From Candidatus Anderseniibacteriota bacterium (GTDB lineage Bacteria; Patescibacteriota; Andersenbacteria; UBA10190): DNA of 64,000 nucleotides. The translations under genes were made by a program, and so were the position numbers. The DNA lies in assembly GCA_021414205.1 (NCBI GenBank), contig JAIOOW010000003.1, positions 195,370 to 259,369 on the forward strand, given 5' to 3'. Shown piece after piece: positions 10,773 through 20,149 of the stretch (positions are counted from its first letter, which is position 1; each line of letters starts with the position of its first letter). Below the pieces are notes generated by a model. That model was not told the DNA's origin and searched no databases. It worked only from the letters and a program-made list of their open reading frames with translations.

Positions 10773-13700
10773 ATGTACTCATCTTATTTACGTTTCAAAA
10801 AGTTTATTTCCGCGTTGACAATCGCATTATTTGCTGTTGTTAATCCATTACTTTCGTTTGTTCCTGCAGCGCATGCAAGCGAAGGTGACGTAACAGATTC
10901 TATAGTATCTACTCCTGTTGATGCTCCAGTAGATCAGCCGAGCGATATCGCGACGCCTTCTGACGCACCTGCACCGAGCGATACTCCTGCTCCGTCCGAT
11001 ACTCCAACTCCTACGGATACGCCCGTAGCTTCAGATACGAGTGCGCCGGTAGATCCAACTCCTGTTCCGGAAACAACGCCAGCACCAACAACTTCTTCTG
11101 ATCCCGTGAATACAGATGATGGTGTATGGCAGATGCTCGCGAACGGCAAAGCATTAACGCGAGATGCGGTAAATATGAGTACTACATATGTTGCTCCGCA
11201 AAATTCGAAAGTTACGGTTCATTTTACTCAGCTTCCAGAAACACCAGGAAATCTTACAATTCAAGAAATTAAATTATCTGCTGATCAGCAGAAGCAATTA
11301 GGTGCGCTCTCTGATACCGCATACGACATTTCTTCCAACATGGAAAATGGAACTTTTAAATATGACTTAACACTTCCGAATCCGACTGGAAACAAAGATG
11401 CAACGGTAAAGTACTCAGAAACAGTTAGCGATTTACCAAGTGCGCAAAACGTTACGCAGAAAACATCCGTAGATACAGATGAAAATACTATTACCATTAC
11501 GGGATTGAACCATTTTACGATTTTTACTCTTGTTGGTCATTATGCGCTCGATGGATCTGGTACTGATACCGGAACAGCTGCAAATGATGGAACGGTAAAT
11601 GGAACAACGGACAATGGTTCGGGTGCTACGCTTCAATTCTCGAATACCGACAGCAAGCATTTTAATGGAACAAGTGACTATATTCGAGTAGAGCGAACTG
11701 GCCATCCAGAGTTGGACCCAAGCGAAGTAACACTGTCTCTTTGGGCAAAGCTTGACGCTCTGAATGAAAACTATTCAAAGACAATTGCAGGTCGTGCAGG
11801 CGGAAGTAACGGATTAACCTATGGATTGAAGTTTTTGGATGGGTCTTCGAATAACGCGATTCAGGCGCAAGTACGGACACAATCATCGGGAAGTATTACT
11901 CTTACCTATGAAATTTCTCCACTAGATCTCGCATGGCATCAATATGCTGTTTCTTACGGAATATCAGATGGTGGAAATGTGAAGTTGTATGTAGATGGTG
12001 TTGTTAAAGCGTCTCAAAATAATATTGGAGCTGTGTTGGATTACAGAACAGCATTTTCTGATGATGACCTCTTTATTGGTAGAGATGGTCTTGGTAATTA
12101 TTATAAGGGCTCGGTAGATGATGTTCGAATGTATAATGGTCAGCTTGCTGATTCGCAAGTGGCAGTTCTTGCCGCAGGCTATGAAGACATAACTGCTCCA
12201 GACGTTCCCACTCTCGATTCGCCTGCGAGCCCCTCAATTATTCAGCCTTCTGCAGCGACGCTAAAGTGGAACACGGTGACAGACCCAAGTTCTCCGGTTA
12301 CATATAAATACGAATCTTCGTATTCAAGTACAGTTGGTGCAAACAATGCATTTACTTCGCCTATATATGGACCGGTAGTTAAAACGACGAATGAGATTGA
12401 CGCAACGCATTCACCTGACCACTTATACTATTGGCAAGTGCAAGCTTGTGATGCTAGAGGAAACTGCAGCGATTGGTCTGGCCCATGGCAGGTAACGATT
12501 GATGGTACAAAGCCTGTAATTGCTTCTCATTCCGATATTACAACAGAAGCAACGTCGGCTCTTGGCGCATCTGCAACGTTCACTTTGCCTACTGCAACAG
12601 ACGCTGTTGATGGAACGGATACGGTAACATGTGATAAAAATTCTGGGGATACTTTTCCAATTGGAACAACGCAAGTTAATTGCGATGCAACTGATACTGC
12701 TGGCAATCATGCATTGCAAACGCACTTTAATATAGTCGTTCAGGACACAATTTCACCAACAACTCCGACTACGCCAACAGTTGCAACTTCTCCAACGAAT
12801 AACAACAAACCAACATGGAGTTGGTCACCTGCGCCAACTGACGCAGTAGGGGTAGATCATTACGTTTTGTACTGGGGAACAGCGGCAGGATCTGAAACGT
12901 ATTCTCAAGCAGTTTCAGGCACCAGTTATACGCTCACTGCGCCACAAGCTCTTGCGGACGGGACGTGGTATGCAAAAGTGAAGGCATTTGACGCTGCGGG
13001 CAACTTTAGTACAAGCGGTAACGGATCAGTAGTGATTGATACTATTGCTCCAACTGCACCAAATCCGATTTCTCCTGCTGACGGATTTGCGGCAAAGCCG
13101 GTAGCAATTAGTCAGACATGGGATCACATTTCAGACGCAGTTCAGTATCAGTACCAGAGCTGTTACTCCGATCCCGGCACAGGTGTTGTATGCTCTGGAG
13201 CAAATTTAAAATCCCAATCGTATTACACTGGAACTACGAAGAATATTGGAAGCGGACAACCGGATAGTCATTTCTGGTGGCATGTCCGAGCAAAAGATGC
13301 TGCGGGGAATTGGAGTCCGTATGGGCAGGCGTTTGAGCTATATATTGACGGAACAGCACCAGTAACCACCGATTCTGGAACGGATACTGATTGGCACAAG
13401 GATAACGTAACAGTAACTCTCGCATGTGCGGATAGTTTAAGTGGTTGCGCTACGACGTACTGGAGTATCGATAGCACTCCGACAATCGCTACTCATGACG
13501 GCACAGGTAGCTCAGTAGTGGTATCGACAACAGGTATTCACACGATTCAATACTTCTCTGTTGATCATGCTGACAATGCAGAAGCTGTGAAGACTGCTGC
13601 AAATCAGGTACAGATTGATAAGGTAACGCCAGCAATGCCGTCATTCATCGGATCTATTGTTTCCCCAACTAATAATCCTGTAGTTTCTTGGACATGGGGC

Positions 13701-14918
13701 GCTATTACTGACGCAGATTCTGGACTTCAGCATTATCAGTATATGTTGCGAGATGCAGCTTCGACTATAATCGATTCTGGATTCACAACTCTTACGACAT
13801 ATTCGCACACGTTTTCAGTGAATGGAGTGTATACGTTCTTCCTACGAGCGATTGATAATGCGGGGAATAAAGGAGCGGGCGCAACATCCTCAGTGACGTT
13901 AGACGTAAGCGCTCCTGATAATCCGTCTGCAGATAATGCGGGAGGAAACTACGCATCCCCAGTAACTGTTGCGCTAACGAGTAACGATCCAACAGTGAAT
14001 GGAGTAAGTTCAAATCCGACAACTATCCGTTACACGACCGACGGCACAAATCCTGATGCAAGCAGTACGCTGTATGCTGGATCAATTACAATCAATCAAG
14101 ATACTACGCTAAAAGCAATTGCGTATGATGCGGTCGGAAATGCTTCAGGAGTTATGACAGAAGTGTATTATGTTGCTCCAGTAATCACTGATGTAACTTC
14201 TTCTGCGAATAGCAACCCAGCATCAGAGCGCGTTATTCATTGGGCAACAAATATCAACTCAGATTCACGCGTCGTATTTGGAACAACCTCAGTTTCAGAC
14301 ACTGACGCAACAACAGCAGGGTCTCCAAGCTATGGATATGGCCAGTCATCTGATCACCTGGACATTAGTCCAAATGGCGTAGTGACGCACACGGTAACAA
14401 TTACAGGATTGAATTCATTCACGACGTACTTTTACCGCGTAATTTCTGCAGAAACGTTAGCAACACTGAGTGCTGAATACTCATTCGGAACAGAGGCTAC
14501 CGATGGCAACCCAGGACCAAATGGCGATTCTGGAAGCTCTTCCGGATCATCTGATAATTCTGGGTCTTCAACAGGTAAAGTATTAGGCGCTACTACAAAG
14601 GCATCGCCTACACCAACTCCTGCTGTAATCTCTGGTACATCGGTAGATCTTGAATCTACGAATCCAGCAGCTAGTAAAGGTTCAAATGGGTCAGGATCTG
14701 GTACAGGTTCTCCTGAAGCGTCAGCATCCCCAAGCCCTTCTGTGAGCCCGTCTCCTGAAGCGTCACCGGAAATAAGTCCTACGCCAAGCCCGACTCCGCA
14801 AAGCGAGAATGGTAAGGCATTCCAGTGGTCGTGGTGGTGGCTAGTATTGCTTGCAATCATCGCAGGAGGAATCTGGTACTGGAGAAGAAACAACACGAAC
14901 AACGACGTTACTCCGTAA
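10773..14918 (+). CDS. Large cell-surface protein (signal peptide, PT-rich linker, LamG-like, HYR, Ig/FN3 repeats, C-terminal TM anchor)
   Basis: Signal peptide ending AHA; LamG motifs WHQYAVSY, LYVDG, GSVDDVRMYN; HYR-like FPIGTTQVNCDATD; repeated D.AGN; IRYTTDGTNP; ends WWWLVLLAIIAGGIWYWRR. Confidence 0.88.
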   Translation: MYSSYLRFKKFISALTIALFAVVNPLLSFVPAAHASEGDVTDSIVSTPVDAPVDQPSDIATPSDAPAPSDTPAPSDTPTPTDTPVASDTSAPVDPTPVPETTPAPTTSSDPVNTDDGVWQMLANGKALTRDAVNMSTTYVAPQNSKVTVHFTQLPETPGNLTIQEIKLSADQQKQLGALSDTAYDISSNMENGTFKYDLTLPNPTGNKDATVKYSETVSDLPSAQNVTQKTSVDTDENTITITGLNHFTIFTLVGHYALDGSGTDTGTAANDGTVNGTTDNGSGATLQFSNTDSKHFNGTSDYIRVERTGHPELDPSEVTLSLWAKLDALNENYSKTIAGRAGGSNGLTYGLKFLDGSSNNAIQAQVRTQSSGSITLTYEISPLDLAWHQYAVSYGISDGGNVKLYVDGVVKASQNNIGAVLDYRTAFSDDDLFIGRDGLGNYYKGSVDDVRMYNGQLADSQVAVLAAGYEDITAPDVPTLDSPASPSIIQPSAATLKWNTVTDPSSPVTYKYESSYSSTVGANNAFTSPIYGPVVKTTNEIDATHSPDHLYYWQVQACDARGNCSDWSGPWQVTIDGTKPVIASHSDITTEATSALGASATFTLPTATDAVDGTDTVTCDKNSGDTFPIGTTQVNCDATDTAGNHALQTHFNIVVQDTISPTTPTTPTVATSPTNNNKPTWSWSPAPTDAVGVDHYVLYWGTAAGSETYSQAVSGTSYTLTAPQALADGTWYAKVKAFDAAGNFSTSGNGSVVIDTIAPTAPNPISPADGFAAKPVAISQTWDHISDAVQYQYQSCYSDPGTGVVCSGANLKSQSYYTGTTKNIGSGQPDSHFWWHVRAKDAAGNWSPYGQAFELYIDGTAPVTTDSGTDTDWHKDNVTVTLACADSLSGCATTYWSIDSTPTIATHDGTGSSVVVSTTGIHTIQYFSVDHADNAEAVKTAANQVQIDKVTPAMPSFIGSIVSPTNNPVVSWTWGAITDADSGLQHYQYMLRDAASTIIDSGFTTLTTYSHTFSVNGVYTFFLRAIDNAGNKGAGATSSVTLDVSAPDNPSADNAGGNYASPVTVALTSNDPTVNGVSSNPTTIRYTTDGTNPDASSTLYAGSITINQDTTLKAIAYDAVGNASGVMTEVYYVAPVITDVTSSANSNPASERVIHWATNINSDSRVVFGTTSVSDTDATTAGSPSYGYGQSSDHLDISPNGVVTHTVTITGLNSFTTYFYRVISAETLATLSAEYSFGTEATDGNPGPNGDSGSSSGSSDNSGSSTGKVLGATTKASPTPTPAVISGTSVDLESTNPAASKGSNGSGSGTGSPEASASPSPSVSPSPEASPEISPTPSPTPQSENGKAFQWSWWWLVLLAIIAGGIWYWRRNNTNNDVTP

Positions 14919-14996
14919 AGATACTAAATACATATCGCTCCATTTCCCGCCTATTGGCGGGAAAGTGCTATATAAAGGCTCTTTTATTATTAAATA

Positions 14997-15025
14997 TTGA
15001 CAAAATAGTAATATAAGAGTATAAT
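14997..15025 (+). promoter_or_regulatory. Perfect sigma70 promoter TTGACA-17-TATAAT
   Basis: Exact consensus, followed by GTTCTTTTGAA and a small ORF. Confidence 0.8.
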
Positions 15026-15117
15026 GGCACTATTCAGTGATTCTAGTTCTTTTGAAGAATCAATAGAGCAGTCGACATTCGTTTGTTGACTACGCGTGAT
15101 AAGGATCTTTTGGAGGG

Positions 15118-15297
15118 ATGATTGTTATGGAGCCTCTTTTGGTCGCGTTTTTAGTTGTGGTGATCTTGGCGATTGGTCTCGTCTTCCTGATGGGGAACGA
15201 GGTTCCGATCCGGCAAAACTGGGTGGGATGTACTAATAACACCTCAGAGACCCACGACTTTAGTCGGCCCCGCTTGCGCATCAGGGACCTGCTTTAG
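15118..15297 (+). CDS. Small single-TM protein (56-59 aa), absent from the ORF track
   Basis: MIVMEPLLVAFLVVVILAIGLVFLMGNEVPIRQNWVGCTNNTSETHDFSRPRLRIRDLL; GGAGGG SD; consensus promoter upstream and a hairpin plus T-run downstream. Confidence 0.6.
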   Translation: MIVMEPLLVAFLVVVILAIGLVFLMGNEVPIRQNWVGCTNNTSETHDFSRPRLRIRDLL

Positions 15298-15479
15298 GCG
15301 AGTCCGCAGACTTCATTGCTCGGTGCTGTTTTTACACAGTGCCGGGCGATTTTTATTTACCTGTGCAAAAGCGGATCGACGGGGCATACGAGGTGGATTC
15401 CGGTTTGCACTTTTTCCCTCTATCCTATACAGTATTGACAACGGCCCAGATAGGGCTGTTTTAAGAACAGCAAAGTTTC

Positions 15480-15671
15480 ATGGCTAAAATAGACCCAGTT
15501 TCATTTATTAAAGAGGCTCGCGAGGAACTGCTTAAAGTTACCTGGCCGTCTCGAGAAACGACTATTCGATACACTGTCGTAGTTATCATCGGATGTATTG
15601 CAATCGGAGCAATGGTGGGTGCTATGGACTTTATCTTAACTCGGGCATTACAAGCAGTTATTATTAAATAA
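15480..15671 (+). CDS. secE: Preprotein translocase subunit SecE
   Basis: FIKEAREELLKVTWPSR plus a TM; immediately upstream of nusG. Confidence 0.95.
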   Translation: MAKIDPVSFIKEAREELLKVTWPSRETTIRYTVVVIIGCIAIGAMVGAMDFILTRALQAVIIK

Positions 15672-15682
15672 TTTTATTACTC

Positions 15683-16237
15683 ATGGACCAAGAAGGGGAG
15701 CAAAAAACAGACGGGCGATCATGGTACGTACTTCATACCTACTCTGGGTACGAGGATAACGTGGCTCGCAACTTGCGCCAGCGCATCGAATCGATGGGCA
15801 TGGACGACAAGATTTTCCAAGTTATTGTCCCTCGCGAGAAAAAGATCCGCGTGCGAAACGGAAAGCGCAAAACGATTGATGAGCGCCTATTCCCAGGCTA
15901 TGTAATGGTTGAAATGATCGTTACAGAAGATTCTTGGTACGTTGTGCGCAACACGCCAAACGTAACAGGATTCGTAGGTTCTGGAGTTACTCCAACGCCT
16001 GTGGCGAAAGAGGAAATCGACCGATTGCTCTCTCGTATGGGCGATGATGAGCCGAAGTACAAGATCGACGTGGTTGAAGGGGACTCTGTACGCATTATGG
16101 ATGGTCCGTTCAAGGAGTTCGAAGGCAAGATTTCTGACGTAAACGATTCTAAGGGTACGGTTAAGGTATTAGTGAACGTATTCGGTCGAGAAACGCCAGT
16201 AGAGCTTGACTTTTTACAGATTAAGAAGGAAGGTTAA
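15683..16237 (+). CDS. nusG: Transcription termination/antitermination factor NusG
   Basis: WYVLHTYSGYE, FPGYV, VTGFVG and FGRETPVEL. Confidence 0.97.
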   Translation: MDQEGEQKTDGRSWYVLHTYSGYEDNVARNLRQRIESMGMDDKIFQVIVPREKKIRVRNGKRKTIDERLFPGYVMVEMIVTEDSWYVVRNTPNVTGFVGSGVTPTPVAKEEIDRLLSRMGDDEPKYKIDVVEGDSVRIMDGPFKEFEGKISDVNDSKGTVKVLVNVFGRETPVELDFLQIKKEG

Positions 16238-16249
16238 TTATCACATCAT

Positions 16250-16669
16250 ATGAAAGAAATTCTCACAGTATTTAAATTGCAAGGCCCAGGAGGAAAAATT
16301 ACTCCTGCTCCACCCGTTGGACCAGCATTGGGCCAGCACGGATTGAACATCCAAGATTTCGTTACTCGATTTAACGACATGACAAAAGAGATGATGGGCG
16401 ATGTTATTCCGGTTGAAATTACCGTATATGCTGATCGCACGTTTGATTTGAAGTTGAAGACTCCGCCAGCATCAGAACTTATTAAAAAGGCCGCAAAGAT
16501 TACGAGCGGATCCTCTACGCCAAATACGGCAAAGGTTGGAAAGATTACAAAAGCACAGGTTCGAGAAATTGCAGAAAAGAAGATGGAAGATTTATCAGCG
16601 CGCGATGTTGAATCCGCAATGACCATGATCGAAGGCACTGCCCGATCAATGGGAGTAACCGTTGAATAA
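16250..16669 (+). CDS. rplK: 50S ribosomal protein L11
   Basis: [13 protein letters not shown] and IEGTARSMG. Confidence 0.97.
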   Translation: MKEILTVFKLQGPGGKITPAPPVGPALGQHGLNIQDFVTRFNDMTKEMMGDVIPVEITVYADRTFDLKLKTPPASELIKKAAKITSGSSTPNTAKVGKITKAQVREIAEKKMEDLSARDVESAMTMIEGTARSMGVTVE

Positions 16670-16672
16670 CCT

Positions 16673-17350
16673 ATGAGAAGCAAAGCCTACAAAGCAGTAA
16701 AGGAAAAAACGTCTGAAACACCAATTGATATTGTTTCTGCGCTTGCGTTCCTAAAAGAGCACACGAGGAAGTCATTCGATGAAACGATTGAAATCCACAT
16801 GGCGCTCGGCGTTGATGCAAGCAAGCAAGAGCAAGCCGTTCGCGGGAGCGTAGTGCTGCCAAGCGGAACTCCAAAGCAAAAGCGAGTGATGGTTGTGTCT
16901 GCTGATGCAAAGAAGCAAGAAGATGCAAAGAAGGCAGGAGCAGCTGTAGTTGGCGGAGAAGAACTAATCGCAAGCATGGAAAAGAATGGTATTGCAGATA
17001 TTGACGTTGTAATCGCAACTCCTGACATGATGGTAAAGCTTGCGAAGATTGCGCGAGTGCTTGGTCCGAAAGGTCTTATGCCGAATCCAAAGACTGGAAC
17101 AGTTACGGCAGATGTTGTTGGGGCAGTAAAAGAGCTTGCAGCTGGAAAAGTTGTGTTTAAGATGGATCAGCAGGGCAATATGCACGGAGCAATCGGCAAG
17201 GCGAGCTGGGATGCGGATAAGACGGCGGCAAACGTTGTTGCATTTATCGAAGCGGTGAAGGCAATGCGCCCGGCAACGCAGCGCGGAGAATTCCTTCGCA
17301 AGATTGTGCTCAAGACGAGCATGAGCCCAGCAGTTCGAGTATCTCTCTAA
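16673..17350 (+). CDS. rplA: 50S ribosomal protein L1
   Basis: FDETIE and LGPKGLMPNPKTGTV. Confidence 0.97.
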   Translation: MRSKAYKAVKEKTSETPIDIVSALAFLKEHTRKSFDETIEIHMALGVDASKQEQAVRGSVVLPSGTPKQKRVMVVSADAKKQEDAKKAGAAVVGGEELIASMEKNGIADIDVVIATPDMMVKLAKIARVLGPKGLMPNPKTGTVTADVVGAVKELAAGKVVFKMDQQGNMHGAIGKASWDADKTAANVVAFIEAVKAMRPATQRGEFLRKIVLKTSMSPAVRVSL

Positions 17351-17366
17351 GCTACATATACGGAAC

Positions 17367-18059
17367 ATGGCCGGTATCTTGATCAGTTTTGATGGCCTAG
17401 ATTCATCGGGAAAAGCCACCCAGGCGGGTGTGCTTTTTTCGCATTTGGAGCACCGAGGTGCGCTTGTGAAGCGATTTGAATCCCCGGATTACACAACACC
17501 ATCTGGAAAAGAATTAAAATTGCGCTTGCAGGGTAAACTTGGCGATTGGGCGCATACGCCATGGCAAGAAAAGATGGGATACTTTGCTCAAAACAGAACA
17601 GAGCACAAGCAGGAAGTGCAAGATATTTTAAACCAAAACGGTATTATTATTTACGACCGTTATGTGCCGAGTAGTATCGCGTTTATGGTTGAAGAGGCTC
17701 ATGCTGCAGGTGAGGATAGGATTGCGATCCATAAGGCAGTACGTGAGCTTGAGTGCGACGTAAACGGTATGCCAAGAGAGCACATGTCGCTCTTTTTCGA
17801 TATTCCTCCAAAAGTGGCAATTGAAATGCTGGAAGGAAGAAAGGCGAACGCGGGTGATGAAAACGAAGTGACGGATCATATTTCTGTGCAAGAGGCCCTG
17901 CACGCAGAATATGTGCAGATGTGCAAAGAGTATCCTGAAACGATGATGCATGTGGTATGCATGAGCGGGGATGCGCTACGAAGCATTGATGACATAGCTC
18001 GAGAGGTGAGGACTCGACTTGCACAAACATTTCCCGAACACGTACAATTCTTTGCATGA
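17367..18059 (+). CDS. tmk: Thymidylate kinase family protein (intact P-loop)
   Basis: DGLDSSGKATQ and DRY motifs. Confidence 0.85.
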   Translation: MAGILISFDGLDSSGKATQAGVLFSHLEHRGALVKRFESPDYTTPSGKELKLRLQGKLGDWAHTPWQEKMGYFAQNRTEHKQEVQDILNQNGIIIYDRYVPSSIAFMVEEAHAAGEDRIAIHKAVRELECDVNGMPREHMSLFFDIPPKVAIEMLEGRKANAGDENEVTDHISVQEALHAEYVQMCKEYPETMMHVVCMSGDALRSIDDIAREVRTRLAQTFPEHVQFFA

Positions 18060-18709
18060 ATCCATTTATTGTCCTAGAAGCATTAGACGCAGGAGGGAGT
18101 CAGACGCAGACAGATTTGCTATCTGCTCGATTAAAAAAAGAGGGGTACGTTCCGCATCAATATCATTTTCCGCAAGAAGATAGGGCCACTGGGAGAATGA
18201 TTTATGATAAGTTTTTGTTGTTCAAAAATAAATATCCATTTTCTCGCCGAGAACAAGCGTTGCTCTATATTCAAGATTTCTTTTCAAAACAAGAAGAATT
18301 TTTAGAAGTTATTTCAAGTACAAAAGAAAAGGCGATATTGGTTTCCGATCGCTATGCCACGAGCACGATGGCATACCAGACGATAGGATTACCAGGAGCA
18401 AAGCGCAAAGAAATGATGAATTGGGTTACGTGGCTGTGCTACAAAAATACGCCAGCATTACCGAAGCCAGATATTGTATTGTTTTTAGATACACCGGTTG
18501 AAGTTTCTTTGCAGCGTTTGGCAAAGAAAAAGAAAGACTTTTTTGAAACAAAAGAAAAGCTTACTGCAATCCGAAATAGCTATTTGAAGATTGCTAAAGA
18601 GCAGAAGTGGGTTGTGTTTAATAGTGTTGATGAGAATGGTGAACAAAAAACTCGCGAAGCATTGCACGAAGAGATTTGGACAGCGGTACAAAAGCGGTTG
18701 ACGAAATAG
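18056..18709 (+). CDS. tmk: Thymidylate kinase family protein (degenerate P-loop)
   Basis: EALDAGGSQTQ, SDRY..STMAYQ and PKPDIVLFLD; ATGA overlap with the upstream paralog. Confidence 0.8.
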   Translation: MNPFIVLEALDAGGSQTQTDLLSARLKKEGYVPHQYHFPQEDRATGRMIYDKFLLFKNKYPFSRREQALLYIQDFFSKQEEFLEVISSTKEKAILVSDRYATSTMAYQTIGLPGAKRKEMMNWVTWLCYKNTPALPKPDIVLFLDTPVEVSLQRLAKKKKDFFETKEKLTAIRNSYLKIAKEQKWVVFNSVDENGEQKTREALHEEIWTAVQKRLTK

Positions 18710-18759
18710 CCAGTTTACGCAAAAATCAAGGCTGGTCTTTCTAATTGAAAGGGGGTGCC

Positions 18760-18903
18760 ATGAAGCAACCTGAAAAGAATAACGGATCTTTTACGGATTT
18801 CGAGAGTGGGTTGATGATAGGCTTTTGCTTGCTGTGCCTTCTTTCCCTGGAGATTGCCATTTCGATTGTTGAGCAGGTGGGGCGATATTTTTGTGGGGGG
18901 TAG
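18760..18903 (+). CDS. Small putative membrane protein (47 aa), absent from the ORF track
   Basis: AAGGGGG SD; hydrophobic segment GLMIGFCLLCLLSLEIAISIV. Confidence 0.45.
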   Translation: MKQPEKNNGSFTDFESGLMIGFCLLCLLSLEIAISIVEQVGRYFCGG

Positions 18904-18908
18904 TCAGT

Positions 18909-19070
18909 ATGGAGGATGACAAGGATGATTGGATCTGCGCGTTATTTGCGAACGTCAGCCAAGAGAGCCTGGAATTCTGGGGCTTTGGTGGAAATTTCGT
19001 TATTTGTTTTGCCGTCGTTGTTCGGGTTGGATACGTGTCTGTGACCGGATGCTGTCCGTGGTTATTTTAA
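18909..19070 (+). CDS. Possible second small ORF (frame ambiguous: 18909-19070 or 18925-19044)
   Basis: GGAGG at 18911 and two short open frames. Confidence 0.25.
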   Translation: MEDDKDDWICALFANVSQESLEFWGFGGNFVICFAVVVRVGYVSVTGCCPWLF

Positions 19071-19130
19071 CGAGAAGCAAAAACTCGCACGAGGTCCAAG
19101 TGGATCTTCTGCGAGTTATTTTTTTACTTA

Positions 19131-19553
19131 TTATCGTCCGCTGCTGCCGAAACCTTTTGCTCCGCGTTCGGATTCCTCCAAATTCTCAACTTCTGTAATC
19201 TCTGTAGGTTCAAATTTTTGTACTACGGCTTGGATAATTTTATCGCCTGATTTTATTTCAAATGGTTCGTTCGTAGAATTCCATAAAATTACTTTCCACT
19301 CTCCGCGGTATCCAGAATCGATGACGCCTGCGAATCGATGGATACCTTTCGACCCTAATCCGGAACGGTCCCAAAGCAATGCCACATATCCTGTTGGGAT
19401 TGCGCATGCAATACCTGTGGTGAACATGTGGCGTTCGTCAGGTTGTAGTGTGTATGTTTCGTTCGTAAAAATATCTATCCCCGCATCTTCAGCATTGCCT
19501 TTAGCAGGAAGCGTCGCGTCCGGAGATAATTTTTGTACGTGAAATGGGATCAT
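19131..19553 (-). CDS. dut: dUTP diphosphatase
   Basis: AGIDI, RSGLG, GVIDSGYRGE and RGAKGFGSSG; start overlaps the dcd stop. Confidence 0.96.
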   Translation of the reverse strand: MIPFHVQKLSPDATLPAKGNAEDAGIDIFTNETYTLQPDERHMFTTGIACAIPTGYVALLWDRSGLGSKGIHRFAGVIDSGYRGEWKVILWNSTNEPFEIKSGDKIIQAVVQKFEPTEITEVENLEESERGAKGFGSSGR

Positions 19554-20122
19554 AACGATTCTTTGGAAATAGCAGAATCTGTTGTTCCTGTCTTGCTGTG
19601 GTACTTTGCGGTCGGCTTCGATGTGTACGGCTGTTCTGCTGGGGAAGAAAGCGGCTCGAAAATAAGCTGGCAGATGCGCATTTTGGGATAGAGCAAAATA
19701 GGTGCCATTCCGATATTGCGAAGCTCGAGCGTAATTGTTCCGCGCCACCCTGCATCAATATGGCCTGCGGTGGAGTGGATAACGAGCCCGAGTCGTCCGA
19801 GGCTGCTTCTGCCTTCTACGCGAGCTGCTAGAGCATCGCCCCATTCTACCCATTCTAATGTGGAGGCTAATACGAATTCGTTCGGGTGAATAACATATGG
19901 CTCTTTTTTGCTAATCGTAATTTCTTCTGTCATGCCCTCTGTGGTTTTGCTATCGAACGGGTCGACAAACGCCTGTTTTCGGTGTTTAAAAAATCGGAAT
20001 GTATAGCCAAGGCGCAGGTCGAGGCTGGATGATCCTAATTGTTCTTTTAAATTTGGTTTTGGGTTGACGATTATTTCTTTTTTCTTCAATGCTTGTTTGA
20101 TGTCTCGGTCTGATAAAATCAT
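19550..20122 (-). CDS. dcd: dCTP deaminase
   Basis: MILSDRDI, GRSSLGRLGL, TAGHIDAGW.GTITLE and RICQL. Confidence 0.96.
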   Translation of the reverse strand: MILSDRDIKQALKKKEIIVNPKPNLKEQLGSSSLDLRLGYTFRFFKHRKQAFVDPFDSKTTEGMTEEITISKKEPYVIHPNEFVLASTLEWVEWGDALAARVEGRSSLGRLGLVIHSTAGHIDAGWRGTITLELRNIGMAPILLYPKMRICQLIFEPLSSPAEQPYTSKPTAKYHSKTGTTDSAISKESL

Positions 20123-20149
20123 AGTACTTAAAACGGTATCCGATAGGCT

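Noticed and set aside
10913-11105. Repetitive PSDTPA/PTP stretch (also 14700-14800, 48080-48335 and 61500-61680) as a CRISPR array or VNTR
   Set aside because: The repeats are at the amino-acid level with variable codons inside CDSs; there is no constant repeat-spacer pattern and no cas gene.
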